Shown here piece by piece: positions 1-11,911 of a stretch of DNA of 64,000 nt. The stretch spans positions 17,794,001 through 17,858,000 of the forward strand of contig NC_086108.1 in the NCBI RefSeq assembly GCF_963921235.1, written 5' to 3'. Each line of letters begins with the position of its first letter. The first letter of the stretch is position 1. The DNA comes from Mobula hypostoma (Eukaryota). Position numbers and translations under genes: made by a program. The notes beneath the pieces are model-generated. The model had not been told where the DNA came from. It made no database searches and worked only from the letters and a program-made list of their open reading frames with translations.

Positions 1-255
1 TAGGCTCTTGAACCAAAGGGGATAACATAAGGTAAGGACATGTTCGGCACAGCTTTGTGGCTGAAGGGCCTGTAGGTTTTCTATGTTTCTAATATTAGTC
101 AACTTCACTTGCCCCATCATTGAAATGTTCCCACAACCAATGGTCTCATTTTCAAGGATTCTTCATCTCAAGTTCATGATTTTATTGCTTATTTATTGAT
201 TGATTGTTATTTCTTTCTTTTTGTATTTGTTCAGTTTGTTGTCTTTGGCGCACTT
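1..255 (+). mobile_element. Degraded 3' end of a Rex1/Babar- or L2-group LINE, interrupted by a CR1 tail
   Basis: Begins aggctcttgaacc and continues into a T-rich 3' UTR-like tract, resembling the 3' part of the element at 551-1405. Recognition only. Confidence 0.35.
28..91 (+). mobile_element. Isolated CR1 3' tail
   Basis: taaggtaaggacatgttcggcacagctttgtggctgaagggcctgtaggttttctatgtttcta closely matches the 3' end of the CR1 at 11828-11911, including the TTCTATGT tail repeat. Confidence 0.75.
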
Positions 256-391
256 GGGACTTCAGCTCCACCTCATCAATGGAACACTGCAGACTATCTC
301 TTGCAATTCCATGGATTGTCTTCTATTGTTTCTTTGCATTTATTGCACTGAGATCTTGCTTTTGAACAGTCCTTTTTAACTCTATGCTACA

Positions 392-550
392 TGTTGGGTG
401 GCGGGGTGGAGATACATCTCTACCAAAGGAGGTGTAAGGCACTTCTTCCCTTCGCTAGCCTGCAGGACACCCTTGAGCACTTAATTAGCACACCCACCCC
501 CCACCACCAATCAGGCTCATGTGAAGCCATGGGAGCAGGTAGTGGATGGT
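392..550 (+). mobile_element. 5' half of a dispersed SINE-like element (continues at 1406-1620)
   Basis: ggggtggagatacatctctaccaaagg...gtgaagccatggg recurs at 15468-15592. Confidence 0.7.
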
Positions 551-1405
551 AGTTCGCCGATGACACGACCGTGGTGGGTCTCATCAGCAAGAACAATGAG
601 TCAGCATACAGAGAGGAGGTGCAGTGGCTAATGGACTGGTGCAGAGCCAACAATCTGTCTCTGAATGTGAACAAAGCAAAAGAGATGGTTGTTGACTTCA
701 GGAGGACATGGAGAGACCACTCTCTGCTGAACATCGACGACTCCTCCGTAGCGATCATTAATTTCTTGGTGTTCACCTGGCTGAGAATCTCACCTGGTCC
801 CTCAACACCAGCTCCATATCAAAGAAAGCCCAGCAGTGTCTCTACTTTCTGCGAAGGCTGAGAAAAGTCCATCTCCCACCCCCCATCCTCACCACATTCT
901 ACAGAGGTTGTATTGAGAGCATCCTGAGCAGCTGCATCACTGCCTGGTTTGGAAATTGCACCATCTTGGATCGCAAGACCCTGCATGGATAGTGAGGTCA
1001 GCTGAGAAGATCATCAGGGTCTCTCTTCCTGCCATTACAGATATTTACACCACACACTGCATCCATAAAGTAAACAGCATTGTGAAGGACCCCACGCATC
1101 CCTCATTCAAACTCTTCTCCCTCCTGCCATCTGGCAAAAGGCACCGAAGCATTCGGGCTCTCACGACCAAACTAAGTAACAGTTTCTTCCCTTAAGCCAT
1201 TAGACTCCTCAATACCCAGAGCCTGGACTGACACCAACCTACTGCCCTCTACTGTGCCTATTTATTTTTTGTAATGCCTGCAATGTTTTGTGCACTTTAT
1301 GCAGTCCTCGGTAGGTCTGTAGTGTACTTTTTGCATTATTTTTACATAATTCAGTGTAGTTTTTGTATTGTTTCACATAGCACCATGATCCTGAAAAACT
1401 TTGTT
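551..1405 (+). mobile_element. 5'-truncated Rex1/Babar-like LINE: RT C-terminus, DUF1891-like region and 3' UTR (pseudogenised)
   Basis: Translates FADDTTVVGLISKNNESAYREEV...NNLSLNVNKAKEMVVDFRR, then after frameshifts ...IVKDPTHPSFKLFSLLPSGKR...SNSFFP. Confidence 0.8.
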
Positions 1406-1620
1406 GGTACATATCACAATTTCTGGTTCTGCAACCAATGACTCCAGGCAGACAATTTCTGAAGAGTATTGATAATGGCTGGGGTCACCCATCTTGTAAG
1501 GACAGTGCCCAGAAGAAGGCAATGGCAAACTTCCGTAGAAAAATTTGCCAAAAACAATCATGGTCATGAGACCATGATTGCCTGTGTTTTACAACATGCC
1601 ACATAATGATGGTGATGATT
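1406..1620 (+). mobile_element. 3' half of the SINE-like element with an RTE-type tail
   Basis: catatcacaa...gaagagtattgataatggctgg...cccagaagaaggcaatggcaaac...catggtcatg matches 15620-15780 and ends in (gat)n-like repeats. The agaaggcaatggcaaac motif resembles RTE/BovB-related 3' ends. Confidence 0.65.
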
Positions 1621-1873
1621 TTATGTATAGTTTGAATTATATGTGTTATCTAAACCTTCATACTTATGGCATTGCTGAAGCAAGATTTTCATTGTATCTG
1701 TAGCTCACCTTTCTTGTGCACATGACAATAAATGCAATTTAAAGACCTAAAATCTCAATGTTAAAGAGCCTATGTTCAAGTCAACCAAGGGTTAATTGCC
1801 AGAAGGCTTACAAATTCCCCATTCAGAGTTAGAAGAAAATCAGTAATGAAAGACTGACTTCTTTCTTTTGACA

Positions 1874-2530
1874 ATAGAACATAGAATAGTACAGCACAGT
1901 ACAGGCCCTTTGGCCCACAATGTTGTGCTGACCCTTAAACCCTGCCTCCCATATAACACCCCACCGTAAATTCCTCCATATACCTGTCTAGTCTCTTAAA
2001 TTTCACTAGCGTATCTGCCTCCACCACTCTCAGGCAGTATATTCTATGCACCAACCACTCTGAGTAAAAAACTTTCCTCTAATATCCCCCTTAAACTTCC
2101 CACCTTAAAGCCATGTCCTCGTGTATTGAGCAGCGGTGCCCTGGGGAAGAGACGCTGGCTATCCACTCTATCTTGTATACCTCTATCATGTCTCCTCTCA
2201 TCCTCCTCCTCCCCGAAGAGTAAAGCCCTAGCTCCCTTAATATCTGATCATAATACCTACTCTCTAAACCAGGCAGCATCCTGGTAAATCACCTCTGTAC
2301 CCTTTCCAATGCTTCCACATCCTTCCTATAGTGAGGCGGCCAGAACTGGACACAGTACTCCAAGTGTGGCCTAACCAGAGTTTTACAGAGCTGCATCATT
2401 ACCTCGTGACTCTTAAACTCTATCCCTCGACTTATGAAAGCTAACACCCCATAAGCTTTCTTTACTACCCTATCTACCTGTGAGGCAACTTTCAGGGATC
2501 TGTGGACATGTACCCCAGATCCCTCTGCTC
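1874..2530 (-). mobile_element. 5'-truncated CR1 LINE
   Basis: Minus-strand MLPGLESRYY...RRRMRGDMIEVYKI and an upstream RPHLEYCVQFW-coding region. Tail atagaacatagaatag lies at the left end. Confidence 0.85.
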
Positions 2531-2786
2531 AGGCTATCTGGGATCCATTTCTTGCCTACCTGGATGAGGCCAGGGACGGATGAGCAATTTCCTCCCAGCT
2601 GATTTCTCACGGTCCTCATTTGAGATTTAATGTTTAGTATTTTTGAGAACTTTGTACAATCGGCATCCCTCTAATGTTATGTCTCTTTTTGCTTATTTCT
2701 TTTTTATACATGTCTGAGCTGGTATGTTTTTGTTGATCTCATTTTTTTTTGTTGAAAATTTTGAAAATAAAGTATTTAAAAAAAAG
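2531..2786 (+). mobile_element. L1-clade 3' end (last codons of ORF2, 3' UTR, poly-A)
   Basis: atctgggatccatttcttgcctacctg encodes IWDPFLAYL, similar to IWHPYL ending the L1 ORF at 24120-24635. Ends aataaagtatttaaaaaaaa. Confidence 0.6.
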
Positions 2787-3705
2787 GTATTTGCTTTACT
2801 GCCTGATTTAAATGAATATATGATGATAATGGGTGGGGATGTTAACTGTTGTTTAAATCCTTTGATTGACAAGAACTCAACCAATCAGTGACTTCCAAAT
2901 TGCTCCACGTCACTTATTAACTCTTTTTGGACTGATTTTGGATTGATGAATTATGGAAGTCTCTACACCTGATAACAGAGAATATTCTTTCTTTTCACAT
3001 GTCTATAAAAAATATTTGAGGATCGATTATATTATAATCAATCCTCGCTTCTTGCGTAGTGTTAAAAATTGTGAATATGATGCTATTGCTATATCTGATC
3101 ATGCGCCTCTGAGTTTGTCTTTTGAATTTGATGATGTCATTCTTAACTGTCCACCATGGCGCATGTCTCAGACATTATTGCAAAACTCTGACTTTGTCAG
3201 CTTCATTGAAACTCAGATAAAATAATTTTTTTCTTTTTAATTATATAGGGGGTACGTCTAAATTAATCATATGGGATACATTTAAAGCATTTTTACGTGG
3301 TCAGATCATTTCTTATTCAGCTAAGCTTAAAAAACAGACTAAAGTAGAATTAGATAAGATTTCAAAACAAATTAAAGACTTAGATAATATTTATCCAATT
3401 TCCCTTAATATTGATTTACTCAAACAAAGGGTGGAACTTCAATCACAATATAATCTATTATTAACTCATCCTATTGAAGGCTATTTGCTTAAGTTAAAGA
3501 GCAAATTTTTTATGTTTGGAGATAAAAATAATAACATCTCAATTAAAAACAGCTAGAGCCAAAAGGCAAATTTTGAAAATCCTTAGGAAAGATGGTACCC
3601 TGGCTCGGGAATATGAAGAAATTAATAACATTTTTCAAGATTTTTATACTGAACTTTATAAATCTCAATGTCCAGTAGAATCTTCTAAAATGAATGCTTT
3701 CTTAC
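2787..3705 (+). pseudogene. L1-clade ORF2, piece 1: APE endonuclease C-terminal half and linker
   Basis: IMGGDVNCCLNPLID; EYSFFSHVYKKYLRIDYII...AISDHAPLSL; then EEINNIFQDFYTELYKS...MNAFL. Contains stops and frameshifts. Confidence 0.85.
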
Positions 3706-4457
3706 AAATGGCAAATGAAGTACAATGTTGGAAAGTGTATGGTTATGCACTTTGGCAGAAATAATAAACGGGCAGGCTATTATTTAAATGGAGAAAGAAT
3801 TCAAAGTTCGGAGATGCAACGGGACTTGGGAGTCCTCGTACAGGAATCCCTTAAGGTTAACCTCCAGGTTGAGTCGGTAGTGAAGAAGGCGATGCAATGT
3901 CGGCATTCATTTCTCGAGGAATAGAGTATAGGAGCAGGGGTGTGATGTTGAGGCTCTATAAGGCGCTGGTGAGACCTCACTTGGAGTACTGTGGGCAGTT
4001 TTGGCCTCCTTATTTAAGAAAGGATGTGCTGACATTGGAGAGGGTACAGAGAAGATTCACTAGCATGATTCCAGGAATGAGAGGGTTAACATATGAGGAA
4101 CGTTTGTCCGCTCTTGGACTGTATTCCTTGTAGTTTAGAAGAATGAGGGGAGACCTCATAGAAACATTTTGAATGTTGAAAGGCATGGACAGACTGGATG
4201 TGGCAAAGTTGTTTCCCATGATAGGGGAGTCTAGTACAAGAGGGCATGACTTAAGGATTGAAGGGCGCCCACTCAGAACAGAAATGCGAAGAAATTTTTT
4301 TAGTCAGAGGGTGGTGAATCTATGGAATTTGTTGCCACAGACGGCAGTGGAGGCCAAGTCATTGGGCATATTTAAGGCAGAGATTGATAGGTATCTGAGT
4401 AGCTGGGGCATCAAAGGTTATGGTGAGAAGTTGGGGGAGTGGGACTAAATGGGAGAA
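3706..4457 (+). mobile_element. 5'-truncated CR1 inserted into the L1 (3' UTR resumes at 7549)
   Basis: KWQMKYNVGKCMVMHFG...RLYKALVRPHLEYCGQFW...RRNFFSQRVVNLWN...GIKGYGEK. Confidence 0.92.
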
Positions 4458-7400
4458 AACATAGAAAACATAGAAAATAGGTGCAGGAGTAGGCCATTCG
4501 GCCCTTTGAGCCTGCACCACCATTTATTATGATCATGGCTGATCATCCAACTCAGAACCCTGCACCAGCCTTCCCTCCATACCCCCTGATCCCCGTAGCC
4601 ACAAGGGCCATATCTAACTCTCTCTTAAATATAGCCAATGAACTGACCTCAACTGTTTCCTGTGGCAGAGAATTCCACAGATTCACCACTCTCTGTGTGA
4701 AGAAGTTTTTCCTAATCTCAGTCCTAAAAGGCTTCCCCTTTATCCTCAAACTGTGACCCCTCGTTCTGGACTTCCCCAACATTGGGAACAATCTTCCTGT
4801 ATCTAGCCTGTCCAATCCCTTTAGGATTTTATACGTTTCAATCAGATCCCCCCTCAATCTTCTAAATTCCAACGAGTACAAGCCTAGTTCATCCAGTCTT
4901 TCTTCATATGAAAGTCCTGCCATCCCAGGAAACAATCTGGTGAACCTTCTTTGTACTCCCTCAATGGCAAGGATGTCTTTCCTCAGATTAGGGGACCAAA
5001 ACTGCACACAATACTCCAGGTGTGGTCTCACCAAGGCCTTGTACAACTGCAGTAGTACCTCCCTGCTCCTGTACTCGAATCCTCTTGCTATAAATGCCAG
5101 CATACCCTTCGCCTTTTTCACCGCCAGCTGTACCTGCATGCCCATTTTCAATGACTGGTGTATAATGACACCCAGGTCTCGTTGCACCTCCCCCTTTCCT
5201 AATTGGCCACCATTCAGATAATAAACTATTTTCCTATTCTTGCCACCAAAGTGGATAACTTCACATTTATCCACATTAAATTGCATCTGGCATGAATTTG
5301 CCCACTCACCCAACCTATCCAAGTCACCCTGCATCCTCTTAGCATCCTCCTCACAGCTAATACTGCTGCCCAGCTTCGTGTCATCCGCAAACTTGGAGAA
5401 GCTGCATTTAATTCCCTCATCCAGGTCATTAATATATATTGTAAACAACTGGGGTCCCAGCACTGAGCCTTGCGGTACCCCACTAGTCACTGCCTGCCAT
5501 TCTGAAAAGGTCCCGTTTATTCCCACTCTTTGCTTCCTGTCTGCTAACCAATTCTCTATCCACATCGATACCTTATCCCCAATACCGTGTGCTTTACGTT
5601 TGCACACTAATCTCCTGTGTGGGACCTTGTCAAAAGCCTTTTGAAAATCCAAATATACCACATCCACTGGTTCTCCCCTATCAACTCGACTAGTTACATC
5701 CTCAAAAAATTCTATGAGATTCATCAGACATGATTTTCCTTTCACAAATCCATGCTGACTTTGTCCGATGATTCACCGCTTTCCAAATGTGCTGTTATCA
5801 CATCTTTGATAACTGACTCCAGCAGCTTCCCCACCACCAACGTTAGGCTAACCGGTCTATAATTCCCCGGTTTCTCTCTCCCTTCTTTTTTAAAAAGTGG
5901 GGTTACATTAGCCACCCTCCAATCCTCAGGAACTAGTCCAGAATCTAACGAGTTTTGAAAAATTATCACTAATGCATCCATTATTTCTTGGGCTACTTCC
6001 TTAAGCACTCTGGGATGCAGACCATCTGGCCCTGGGATTTATCTGCCTTTAATCCGTTCAATTTACCTAACACCACTTCCCTACCAACATGTATTTCACT
6101 CAGTTCCTCCATCTCACTGGACCCTCTGTCCCCTACTATTTCTGGAAGATTATTTATGTCCCCCTTAGTGAAGACAGAACCAAAGTAATTATTCAATTGG
6201 TCTGCCATGTCCTTGCTCCCCATAATCAATTCACCTGTTTCTGTCTGTAGGGGACCTACATTTGTCTTTACCAGTCTTTTCCTTTTTACCTATCTATAAA
6301 AGCTTTTACAGTCAGTTTTTATGTTCCCTGCCAGTTTTCTCTCATAATCTTTTTTCCCCTTCCTAATTAAGCCCTTTGTCCTCCTCTGCTGAACTCTGAA
6401 TTTCTCCCAGTCCTCAGTTGAGCCACTTTTTCCGGCTAATTTGTATGCTTCTTCTTTGGAATTGATACTATCCCTAATTTCTCTTGTCATCTACGGGTGC
6501 ACTACCTTCCTTGATTTACTCTTTTGCCAAACTGGGATGAACAATTGTTGTAGTTCATCCATGCAATCTTTAAATGCTTGCCATTGCATATCCACCGTCA
6601 ATCCTTTAAGTGTCATTTGCCAGTCTATCTTAGCCAATTCACGTCTCATACCTTCAAAGTTACCCCTCTTTAAGTTCAGAACCTTTGTTTCTGAATTAAC
6701 TATGTCACTCTCCATCTTAATAAAGAATTCCACCATATTATGGTCACTCTTACCCAAGGGGCCTCTCATGACAAGATTGCTAATTAACCCTTCCTCATTG
6801 CTTAAAACCCAGTCTAGAATAGCCTGCTCTCTAGTTGGTTCCTTGACATGTTGGTTCAAAAAACCATCCCACATACATTCCAAGAAATCCTCTTCCTCAG
6901 CACCTTTACCAATTTGGTTCACCCAATCTACATGTAGATTGAAGTCACCCATTATAACTGCTGTTCCTTTATTACACACATTTCTAATTTCCTGTTTAAT
7001 ACCATCCCCGACCTCACTACTCACTGTTAGGTGGCCTGTACACAACTCCCACCAGCGTTTTCTGCCCCTTAGTGTTATGCAGCTCTACCCATATTGATTC
7101 CACATCTTCCCGGCTTATGTCCTTCCTTTCTATTGCGTTAATCTCCTCTTTAACCAGCAACGCCACCCCACCTCCTTTTCTTTCATGTCTATCCCTCCTG
7201 AATATTGAATATCCCTGAACGTTGAACTCCCATCCTTGGTCACCCTGGAGCCATGTTTCTGTGATCCCAACTATATCATAATCACTAATAACAATCTGCA
7301 CATTCAATTCATCCACCTTGTTACGAATGCTCCTTGCATTGACACACAAAACCTTCAGGCGCTCTTTTCCAACTCTCTTAGCCCTTATACAATTATGTTG

Positions 7401-7493
7401 AAAAGTGGCCCTTTTTGATGCTTGCCCTGGATTTGTCGGCCTGCCACTTTTACTTTTCTCCTTACTACTTTTTGCTTCTACCCTCACTTTACA
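4458..7493 (-). mobile_element. CR1 LINE with near-complete but disrupted ORF2 (endonuclease + reverse transcriptase), nested in the 3' UTR of the previous CR1
   Basis: VNARSIRNK, IMGDFN and GKSDHN endonuclease motifs; NYRPVSLT, DFQKAFDKV, GVPQGSVLGP and KFADD RT motifs; 397-aa open stretch at 4552-5745. Several stops and frameshifts. Tail aacatagaaaacatagaaaatag; flanked by tgggagaa at 4450-4457 and 7549-7556. Confidence 0.95.
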
Positions 7494-7579
7494 CCATTTT
7501 ATCATGAGCTGATCCATTCTCCCAAACCAGTGCAGAGAGACACTGGTTTGGGAGAATGGATCAGCTCATGATAAAATGG
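7494..7579. repeat. Perfect 39-bp inverted repeat with an 8-nt loop at the CR1 5' junction
   Basis: 7494-7532 ccattttatcatgagctgatccattctcccaaaccagtg; loop cagagaga; 7541-7579 is the exact reverse complement. Confidence 0.97.
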
Positions 7580-7642
7580 CGGAGTAGACTTGATGGGCCG
7601 AACGGCTGAATTCTGCTCCTTTGTCTTATGGTCTTATGGTCT
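7549..7642 (+). mobile_element. 3' UTR and tail of the CR1 at 3706-4457
   Basis: gggagaatggatcagctcatg...gatgggccgaacggctgaattctgctcc followed by a tcttatggtcttatggtc tail repeat. Confidence 0.88.
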
Positions 7643-8894
7643 GATGGAAAGATTGCTTTTCCTAAAATTTCTGTTGAGGATCAGAAAACTCTTGATGCTG
7701 AAATTCTGAATCCGAAATTCATAAAGCTATTTTTTCAATGCAATCTGGTAAGGCCCCTGGACTTGATGGCTATCCTGTGGAATTTTATAAATAAATTGGA
7801 AAATTGCTTTCTCCGTGTATATCGGAAATGTTTAAGGATTCTTTTGTGAAAGGTGATTTACCCTCTACTTTCTAAGAGGCTTCTATTTCTTTAATTCTTA
7901 AAAAGGATAAAGCTCGTACTGATTGTGCCTCATTATTTCGTTATTTCATTATTGAATGTTGATGCTAAGGTTCTGTCAAAGATAATGGCCAATCGGTTGG
8001 AGAATATTTTGGGTAAAATTATCTTTAAAGATCAAACATGCTTTATAAAGGGTCGTTATTCTTTTTCAAATGTTCCGAGATTATTTAACACTATATATTC
8101 GTCCTCCTTTAAAACTACACAATTCATCGTCCCTTTGGATGCTGAAAAAGCATTTGATCGAGTCGAATGGAAATATTTATTTAATGTTTTAGAGAAATTT
8201 GGCCTTGGTGTTAATTTTAATAATTGGATTAGAATGATATATAAAACTCCTATTGTTACCGTTATTACTAATAACTGTAGGTTTCCTTTTTTCAGCTTTC
8301 ATGGGGACAAGACAAGATTGTCCATTAAGTACTTTGTTATTTAATTTAATATTAGGACCCCTAGCTCTTCTTGAAGCTAAAGATATTTATGGGATTTTTG
8401 TAAATGAGACCATTCATAAGATTTCTCATTACCCTGACGATTTATTGGTTTATATCCAATCTTGAGTAATCTATTCCTGCCTTGCTAAAATTATTTAATG
8501 AATTTAGAGATTTTTCAGGATATAAAATAAATCTTAGTAAAAGTGAACTGTTTCCTTTAAATGAATCTGTTTCTATATACGATAATACTCCTTTCAAACT
8601 CATGGATTCTTTTAGATATTTAGGTGTTACAATCACTAAAAAATATAAGGATCTTTAGAATACAGAACATAGAATTACAGCGTATTACAGGCCCTTTGGC
8701 CCACAATGTTGTGCCGACCCTATTTTTGTTCCCTTGGTAGATTTTATGAACTATTTGTTTAGTAGATGGAGTCCACTTACATTTTCACTTGTTGGTCACA
8801 TCCATATAGTCAAAATGATGATTTTACCGACATTTTTATATTTATTTCCCAATATCCCTGTTTTTTTGACTAATAAGTTTTTTGATCAGGTTGA
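7643..8894 (+). pseudogene. L1-clade ORF2, piece 2: reverse transcriptase
   Basis: GKAPGLDGYPVEF, ISLLNVDAKVLSKIMANRL, LDAEKAFDRVEW, GTRQDCPLS, HYPDDLL, FRYLGVTI, VKMMILPTFLYLF...KFFDQV. Confidence 0.9.
8656..8720 (-). mobile_element. Isolated CR1 3' tail inside the L1 RT
   Basis: agaacatagaattacagc...acaggccctttggcccacaatgttgtgccgacc matches the tail at 1874-1935. Confidence 0.8.
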
Positions 8895-9968
8895 GTTGTC
8901 GCAGGTTGGGATGGTGCAGTGGCCCCCACCCTCCAGGTTGCTGAGGGATACGTCGCCGCGAAGCATGCAGGAATGTGGCGGTGGCCGGGAGGCGCACAGC
9001 GCATCTTTGGGAGGGAAGCCGAAATGGGCATACTGGTTAGTGGGATGCTGCCTGGCACGTGGTTGTCGGCCCAGATCAGTGCTGATTGCCGATTGTGTCG
9101 TCTCTGGTCTGGGCCGATGGTTGCGTGTCGGTAGCGCCTAGTTGATTGGCATGTTTGTTTCGGCTTTTTTCTTGGGGGTGTGCTGTGTGCCTCCCAACCA
9201 CGGTTGCATTCTCCGCGAATCGGTATCTGTCCGTGGCCTGGGGCTAGGGGTGGTGGGACACTGGGGTGTCATCTCATAGTCTGTTTCCATTAGAGCAGGC
9301 GGCTCATCTTCTTCAATCTCTGCCCGCCTGGAATTCGAAGGTCGAGGTTCGTCATCTGCTGTGGCTGATGTGGAAGGCTTGCTTGACTGCTGAGCCTCGC
9401 GCATTTTTCTATCACAGAGTTCTTTGTAAGGACTCAAACCATCCTGCAAATATCTCCTAAACCGACATACCCTTTCAAAAATAAAGTCGCACTTTATCAT
9501 TACTCATTCAGTTTTGATTGTTATCCTTTTTTCTTCCAATTGCATCAGCTCTTCATCTGTCAGATCTTGGTCATGGGATGCCAAAGCCTCTTCAACATCA
9601 TGTTTGTCAGCTTCCACAAGCCAAACTCACGTTTTCCTTACTTCATTCACCACGATCGAAACATTGAATTATGTCTAGTTTTACACTAAGTGTAACACCC
9701 TTATGAGCTCTTTTAGGCTTTTCCGATACCATAGAACTCATCTTGCAAATGGCTGCTCACAGGCTCGTGTTTAAGCAATGCCGGCAAGAATGCAGTTCCG
9801 AATCCGGGGGAGAGCGGCTGCTCGGGGCGTGCGCTGCCTTTTATCGCGCACTGATTTTTTTTTGTAACAGTGAAAACACCTTCTGAAAGTGAAAACACGG
9901 TACTAATATAGATCTTTCGTAACAGTGAGGTTTTGTGAAGCGAACGTTCGAAAAGCAGGGGACACCTG
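8895..9968 (-). mobile_element. Internally deleted, one-ended Tigger/pogo-like DNA transposon
   Basis: Right end ggggacacctg|ta gives a CAG terminus with TA target. Minus strand near 9520-9625 reads DVEEALASHDQDLTDEELMQLEE, resembling the Tigger transposase C-terminus. GC/CpG-richer than its flanks; no second terminus seen. Confidence 0.65.
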
Positions 9969-9970
9969 TA

Positions 9971-10152
9971 TTGCTTTGCACTGTTGTGACTATATGTTAT
10001 AATTATGTGGTTTTGTAAGTTTTAGTGTTGGTTTGTCCTGTGTTTTCTTGTGATATCATTCTGGAGGAACGTTGTACCATTTTTTTAATGCATGAATTTG
10101 TAAATGACAATAAACTAGGACTGAGTGTCCTCATAATCTAATCTAATCTAAT
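9971..10152 (+). mobile_element. LINE 3' end with (AATCT)n tail (Rex1/Babar- or L2-group-like)
   Basis: T-rich UTR, then atgacaataaa, then ataatctaatctaatctaat. Confidence 0.5.
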
Positions 10153-10169
10153 ATGTTGTAAAAAAAAAG

Positions 10170-10375
10170 ATCACTCCCTACTCTGTACATAGTTTTCTTC
10201 TTTCAATTGTACTTTCTTTCCTCTCCTTTCTGTAAGTGTATACCTCAGATAAATATTTTGTGGAGATTTATAACAAATATGATTATATGATATATATGTA
10301 CAGTATCTGAAATACATCTTATGGAAACGTTTGTTTGATGATGAAATTCAATAAAAATATATTACAAAAAAAAAG
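10170..10375 (+). mobile_element. Poly-A-terminated (L1-like) 3' end
   Basis: Ends ttcaataaaaatatattacaaaaaaaaa. Confidence 0.4.
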
Positions 10376-10600
10376 AATCTCTCAACCTCAGCTTTAAATA
10401 TATCCAATGACTTGTCCTCCAAAGCTTACAGTGGCAATGAATACTACGGACTTATTATGCTCTGGCTAAAGAAATTTCTCATCTGTTCTAAAACCATGTC
10501 TTTGTACTCTAGGCTGAACTTTCTGGTCCAAGACTCCCCAGCTATAGGAAACATACTCTCCATGTCCACTCTATCTAGGGCTTTCAATATTCATTAGGTT
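10376..10600 (-). mobile_element. Old CR1 3' fragment
   Basis: aagaaatttctc...catgtccactctatctagggctttcaatatt...taggttt parallels the minus-strand CR1 at 4610-4840. Confidence 0.6.
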
Positions 10601-11436
10601 TGAACCAACGCCGGATGACTAACTTAATTGCTTAAGTTAAAGAATCTGGTAAGCCAATATAAAAGAGTTGCTCCTAAATCACAGACCCTCTATGGACAGT
10701 GGCTGTCATAGAATAGTCTTAACCCTGTGATCGATGAATTAACTCAGATAAAAATCACCAGCTCACCCAAAGATGATTGTGACAGCGAACAAACCTGGAG
10801 GAGAATTTTGGGCTCTTCTGTGGGATTCACATCGTTATTCAAAGCTTCACTGTTACATCGTGCAACATTAAGGACCTCTGATCACCACATTAAATTTTTC
10901 AAGTTTAATTACTCTCCAGAATTCATTGTGGGCATTGAGACAGCGTGAAAACATTTGCCTGGCCACATACAGGTATTCTGAAATGTGGTGGTATTCATGT
11001 TATTGAAAGTGGTAAAATGGAACTGAAAAGCAAGTGACCAAGGTCTGCTTATATGAGACTTGGGTATTGTTAAATGCTAGGAAACAACTTGAAGTGGTTA
11101 ACTGATTATGAAAATTTGTTGATATTTTTAAGTTGAATTCTATATTTTCCAGTCTGGCTGAAATCCTTCCCAGAAATAACAGATATCTCAAGTACATCAC
11201 CCTGGTCCTGCCGGGATGTATCCTATTCCACTTGACTAAGTACCACCTTATCCAGTACTAGTGCTAATGTTTCAGGAATTTAAATCCCTTCCTCATGTCA
11301 ATTCTTAAGCTACTCATCCATTTGGTCTATTCCCATGGGGAATAATCCTAAAATGACTGCCCTTAAGTCTGGGTTTCTAATTTACCAAATGACTCCTATA
11401 GCACCTTATTCCTCTTTTTTTTTAAACCATAGTAAG

Positions 11437-11911
11437 AGTGCAGAAGAGATTTACAAGGATGTTGCCTGGATTGGGGAACATGCCTTATGAGAATAGGTTG
11501 AGTGAGGTCAACCGTTTCTCCTTGGAGCGACGGAGGATGAGAGGTGACATGATAGAGGTGTGCAAGATAATGAGAGGCATTGATTATGTGAATAGTCAGA
11601 GACCTTTTCCCAGGGCTGAAATGGCTAGCAAAAGAGGGTATAGTTTTAAGATGCTTGGAAGAAGGTACAGGGAAGATGTCAGGGGTAAGTTTCTTTTATG
11701 CAGAGAGTGGAATGGGCTGCAGGCGGCAGTGGTGGAGGCAGAAATGACTAGGATCTTTTAAGAGACTCCAGGATGGCTACATGGAGCTTAGAAAAATAGA
11801 GGGCTATGGGTAAAGCCTAGGTAGTTCTAAGGTAGTGACATGTTTGGCACAGCTTTGTGGGCCGAAGGGCCTGTATTGTGCTGTAGGTTTTCTATGTTTC
11901 TATGTTTCTAT
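11437..11911 (+). mobile_element. 5'-truncated CR1 with 3' tail
   Basis: VQKRFTRMLPGL...RRRMRGDMIEV; tail ttctatgtttctatgtttctat. Confidence 0.88.

Noticed and set aside
4552..5745. 397-aa RT ORF as a functional or domesticated gene, or a retron-like system
   Set aside because: It is the tail of a CR1 ORF2 whose upstream part has stops and frameshifts, and ORF1 is absent.
4940..7097. Long antisense ORFs (93, 134, 218 aa)
   Set aside because: Shadow frames opposite CR1 ORF2.
10600..11430. Possible host exon in unclassified DNA (also 15960-16400)
   Set aside because: No convincing splice-site pair or recognisable peptide; would need RNA-seq or a homology search.
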